The notes beneath the pieces were generated by a model that saw only the letters and a list, made by a program, of their open reading frames with translations, had not been told where the DNA came from and made no database searches. From NCBI GenBank assembly GCA_965217585.1, contig OZ244561.1, positions 3,680,001-3,744,000 on the forward strand: 64,000 nucleotides of DNA, read 5' to 3'. The position numbers and the translations under genes were made by a program. Position 1 is the first letter of the stretch. Each line of letters starts with the position of its first letter. Below are positions 62,801-64,000 of the stretch, piece by piece. Source of the stretch: Candidatus Latescibacterota bacterium (GTDB lineage: Bacteria; Latescibacterota; UBA2968; UBA8231).

Positions 62801-62812
62801 TAAGAGTCTCAT
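59801..62812 (-). CDS. Secreted protein with two discoidin-like modules and TPNGDG-FlgD C-terminal domain (paralog 3)
   Basis: AGGAGG RBS, signal peptide; ILDDDPTTFW, WIEMDLG, AFDGDFST, NPFTPNGDGIND, WDGLDDRGRQAPPGLY, ends IAVAY. Confidence 0.8.
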   Translation of the reverse strand: MRLLVFIGICLAPLVAAHAQKGHRVTSRSVVVNRAAHWHNWQLPIHAVKVSPDGTVEPHFFRAHFNLLDDLETFTRPIVDLRRRRNQNAILNIDSTQTRDVKGEVILDRKGNPIYSYFFRPGISRVGSNEAAAAHILDDDPTTFWEPDPQAPLDDWWIEMDLGRVVAVDSLVIHFVEEELGDPFFQFRVLAAPDQEPVQENADKITFERIANTKAPNRDQRTFRIGLEQLKADPDWQGRLVQTIRIVVSDTRGQRGEPTSEDEWQALPADERGAIVYFIRDEQGFEEPVERTVYESLDPQRQGRLDYYRRERPRLAGIEVYGFGDNISSGLVAGGGQLNLTGDGFIPGPAFDGDFSTSFLHLVWSPTIDRGVLTVDMGASFWLDVMRISSARPRPFIDGYLIRGSDGSRDTRGKIKWARLSPRFREDNSTDRFEHIIDTYTPSPKLRFLEISIISADPRRRGGYNTGPTIVEYQLFSTGYPAQVELTSDLIALPGARNFGPITWEAETPPGTTVAIRTRTGDLLGKVIRYFDSSGNEITYDAWKNLLGSFKGPADTTFVPTSGWSPWSRAYQQPGDIVTSPGLRKFLQFQVEMITTDREAAASIRSLAVELLNPVAERIAAELWPASVETSGERETFDVFAQPYFIESPSASRSSGFNEILLTMPASENLELVEFGIGGPDDEQVFRLGTERGVLSADDQTQVALIANGGDSIWVRLDDALNILPATSRTYNRITLEGEEVPVTQDGLPLTAAAYGTLDKDERGAIRYFRRNGDRLSEIDQTSYGDLPSEEQGPVRYFRILRGDGAQFPFDARGDSLDSAAYNRLSSTNRGIVTGPGQRFRLRLSAPVFLNGTTLRLFVRHAASADAEVAWQAVEAGNADESVGSNTLAIKVPIDSGLLHGLAVGPNPFTPNGDGINDAAEISLDIFKLTSSRRLQVRIYALDGRPIWQREEMVLSGRTTVRWDGLDDRGRQAPPGLYLCQVQLDADAAGHPTTQARLIAVAY

Positions 62813-62819
62813 GGTGGCC

Positions 62820-63020
62820 TCCTGAGAATCCGGTAGTGCGCCTCGCGTTGGGCGATGCGGATGCGGCCGGGAAAGGCGCTCATAGTTGAAGCAAATAGGT
62901 CGAGATGCCCGTCGTTGTCAAGATCGAAGAAGAAGCCACATACCCGCCTTCCACCGGGAAAAGGACTCCAGTGCGCTTGGCCACCTCGGCAAAGGTGCCG
63001 TCGCCGAGGTGGCGAAAGAG
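62820..63020 (-). pseudogene. Remnant of an FG-GAP (CRTAC1/ASPIC-UnbV-like) gene
   Basis: Hand translation gives LFRHLGDGTFAEVAKRTGV, then after a frameshift FFFDLDNDGHLDLFAS. Confidence 0.7.
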
Positions 63021-63025
63021 GCAGC

Positions 63026-64000
63026 TTACGGCTCTTGGTCCAGTTCGCCTAGCTTGGCCCGGGCGCGCTGGTGATCCGGGGCGAGGGCGAGCACCTTTTG
63101 CAAGGCTTGCCGCGCTTGCTCCCGCTGTCCTTGCTGCATGAGGATCAGCGCCAACCCGTAGTGCGATTCCGCGTGGTCTGGGTCGAGGGCAATGCTGCGG
63201 GCGAAATGGGTGTGGGCATCGCGGTAGTTTGCTTGGCGGACGTAGGTCAGCCCGAGGACGTAGTGGGCGTCGCGGTGGTCGGGATTGCGGGCGAGGGCTT
63301 GGCGCAGCGCGGTGACGGCCCCGGCAAAGTCGCCGCTTTTGAACCGCGCGCGGCCCAAGCCATAGGCCGCGGCAAAGGAGTCGGGATCGATTGCCAAGGC
63401 GCGGGCAAAGTGCGCGTTGGCTTCTTTGAGTACGCCTTCGTGCAAGTACAGGTCGCCCAGCATGATGTAGGCGTCGCGGTGGTCGGGCTCGCGGGCGAGG
63501 ACTTGCTCCAGCGCGGCGCGGGCGTCGGCAAAGTGCTTTTGCTGTGCGTACACGGTGGCGAGACGCAGGCGAATGTCCACGGAAGTAGAGTCGTTGGCGA
63601 GGGCGCGCTTTAGGGAGTCAATCGCCTTGTCCCACGCGCGTTGGCGGATGTAGATGTTGCCCTGATTGAGATGGCGTTCGGCCGTGCTCAAGCGCTGGAA
63701 GCGGCCCTGCGCGTTGCGGGCGTCGTCGGGGCGGTCGCGCTCGGCGTAGGCTTGGGCCAACAGGTAGTGGGGAGCGGGGTTGTGCGGCTCGGTGGCGGCG
63801 ACGCGCTCGAGCACGGGAATGGCCGCTGCGGGTTCTCCGAGGCGGATGAGCAAGCCGCCCAAGCCGAGACCGCCTTGGACGTGGTCGGGCGCGCGGGCGA
63901 GCAGGTCGGCAAAACCCGTGCGCGCTTGAGATAATTGCTGGTTGCGCACGAGGAGGTCGCTGTGGTAGTAGCGGGCCTCAAGATGGTCGGGCGCGAGTTC
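63026..64000 (-). CDS. TPR repeat protein, 5' end outside the window
   Basis: Frame open to the edge (ELAPDHLEARYY...); repeated AL...PDH..A.Y.LG units. Confidence 0.88.
   Translation of the reverse strand, partial: ELAPDHLEARYYHSDLLVRNQQLSQARTGFADLLARAPDHVQGGLGLGGLLIRLGEPAAAIPVLERVAATEPHNPAPHYLLAQAYAERDRPDDARNAQGRFQRLSTAERHLNQGNIYIRQRAWDKAIDSLKRALANDSTSVDIRLRLATVYAQQKHFADARAALEQVLAREPDHRDAYIMLGDLYLHEGVLKEANAHFARALAIDPDSFAAAYGLGRARFKSGDFAGAVTALRQALARNPDHRDAHYVLGLTYVRQANYRDAHTHFARSIALDPDHAESHYGLALILMQQGQREQARQALQKVLALAPDHQRARAKLGELDQEP

Overview
A GC-rich bacterial chromosome window. An SprA homologue, LptF/G, many FlgD/TPNGDG-tailed secreted proteins and a WGxIK-tailed protein suggest an FCB-group organism, probably Latescibacterota-like and possibly host-associated (inference). 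Left part: a partial sprA (absent from the ORF track because it runs off the edge), lptFG, selA, a 6xLysM amidase, oxidoreductases, an ATP-grasp-like gene with larE and def, tRNA-Asp, fbaB and a PhyH dioxygenase. Middle: a peptide ABC operon split by an orphan TSPPY methyltransferase, itself broken by a 1245-bp IS4-family element (19-bp TIRs, 9-bp TSD) whose transposase has an internal TAG. Then P-II, a YtrA/GntR ABC operon with two permease-LVIVD fusions and a repeat-bearing TlpA split by an in-frame TAG, SDR, aminotransferase, PurF-like and creatininase genes, and a type III R-M island with a frameshifted res. Right part (49.2-64 kb), the best candidate for an undescribed system: three paralogous secreted proteins ending in TPNGDG-FlgD and AV[AV]Y, an 887-aa probable outer-membrane protein, a GT-C/TPR glycosyltransferase, a CBM9-like WGQIK-tailed protein, a TPR protein and an FG-GAP remnant. 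All calls come from reading motifs by eye; no database searches were run.
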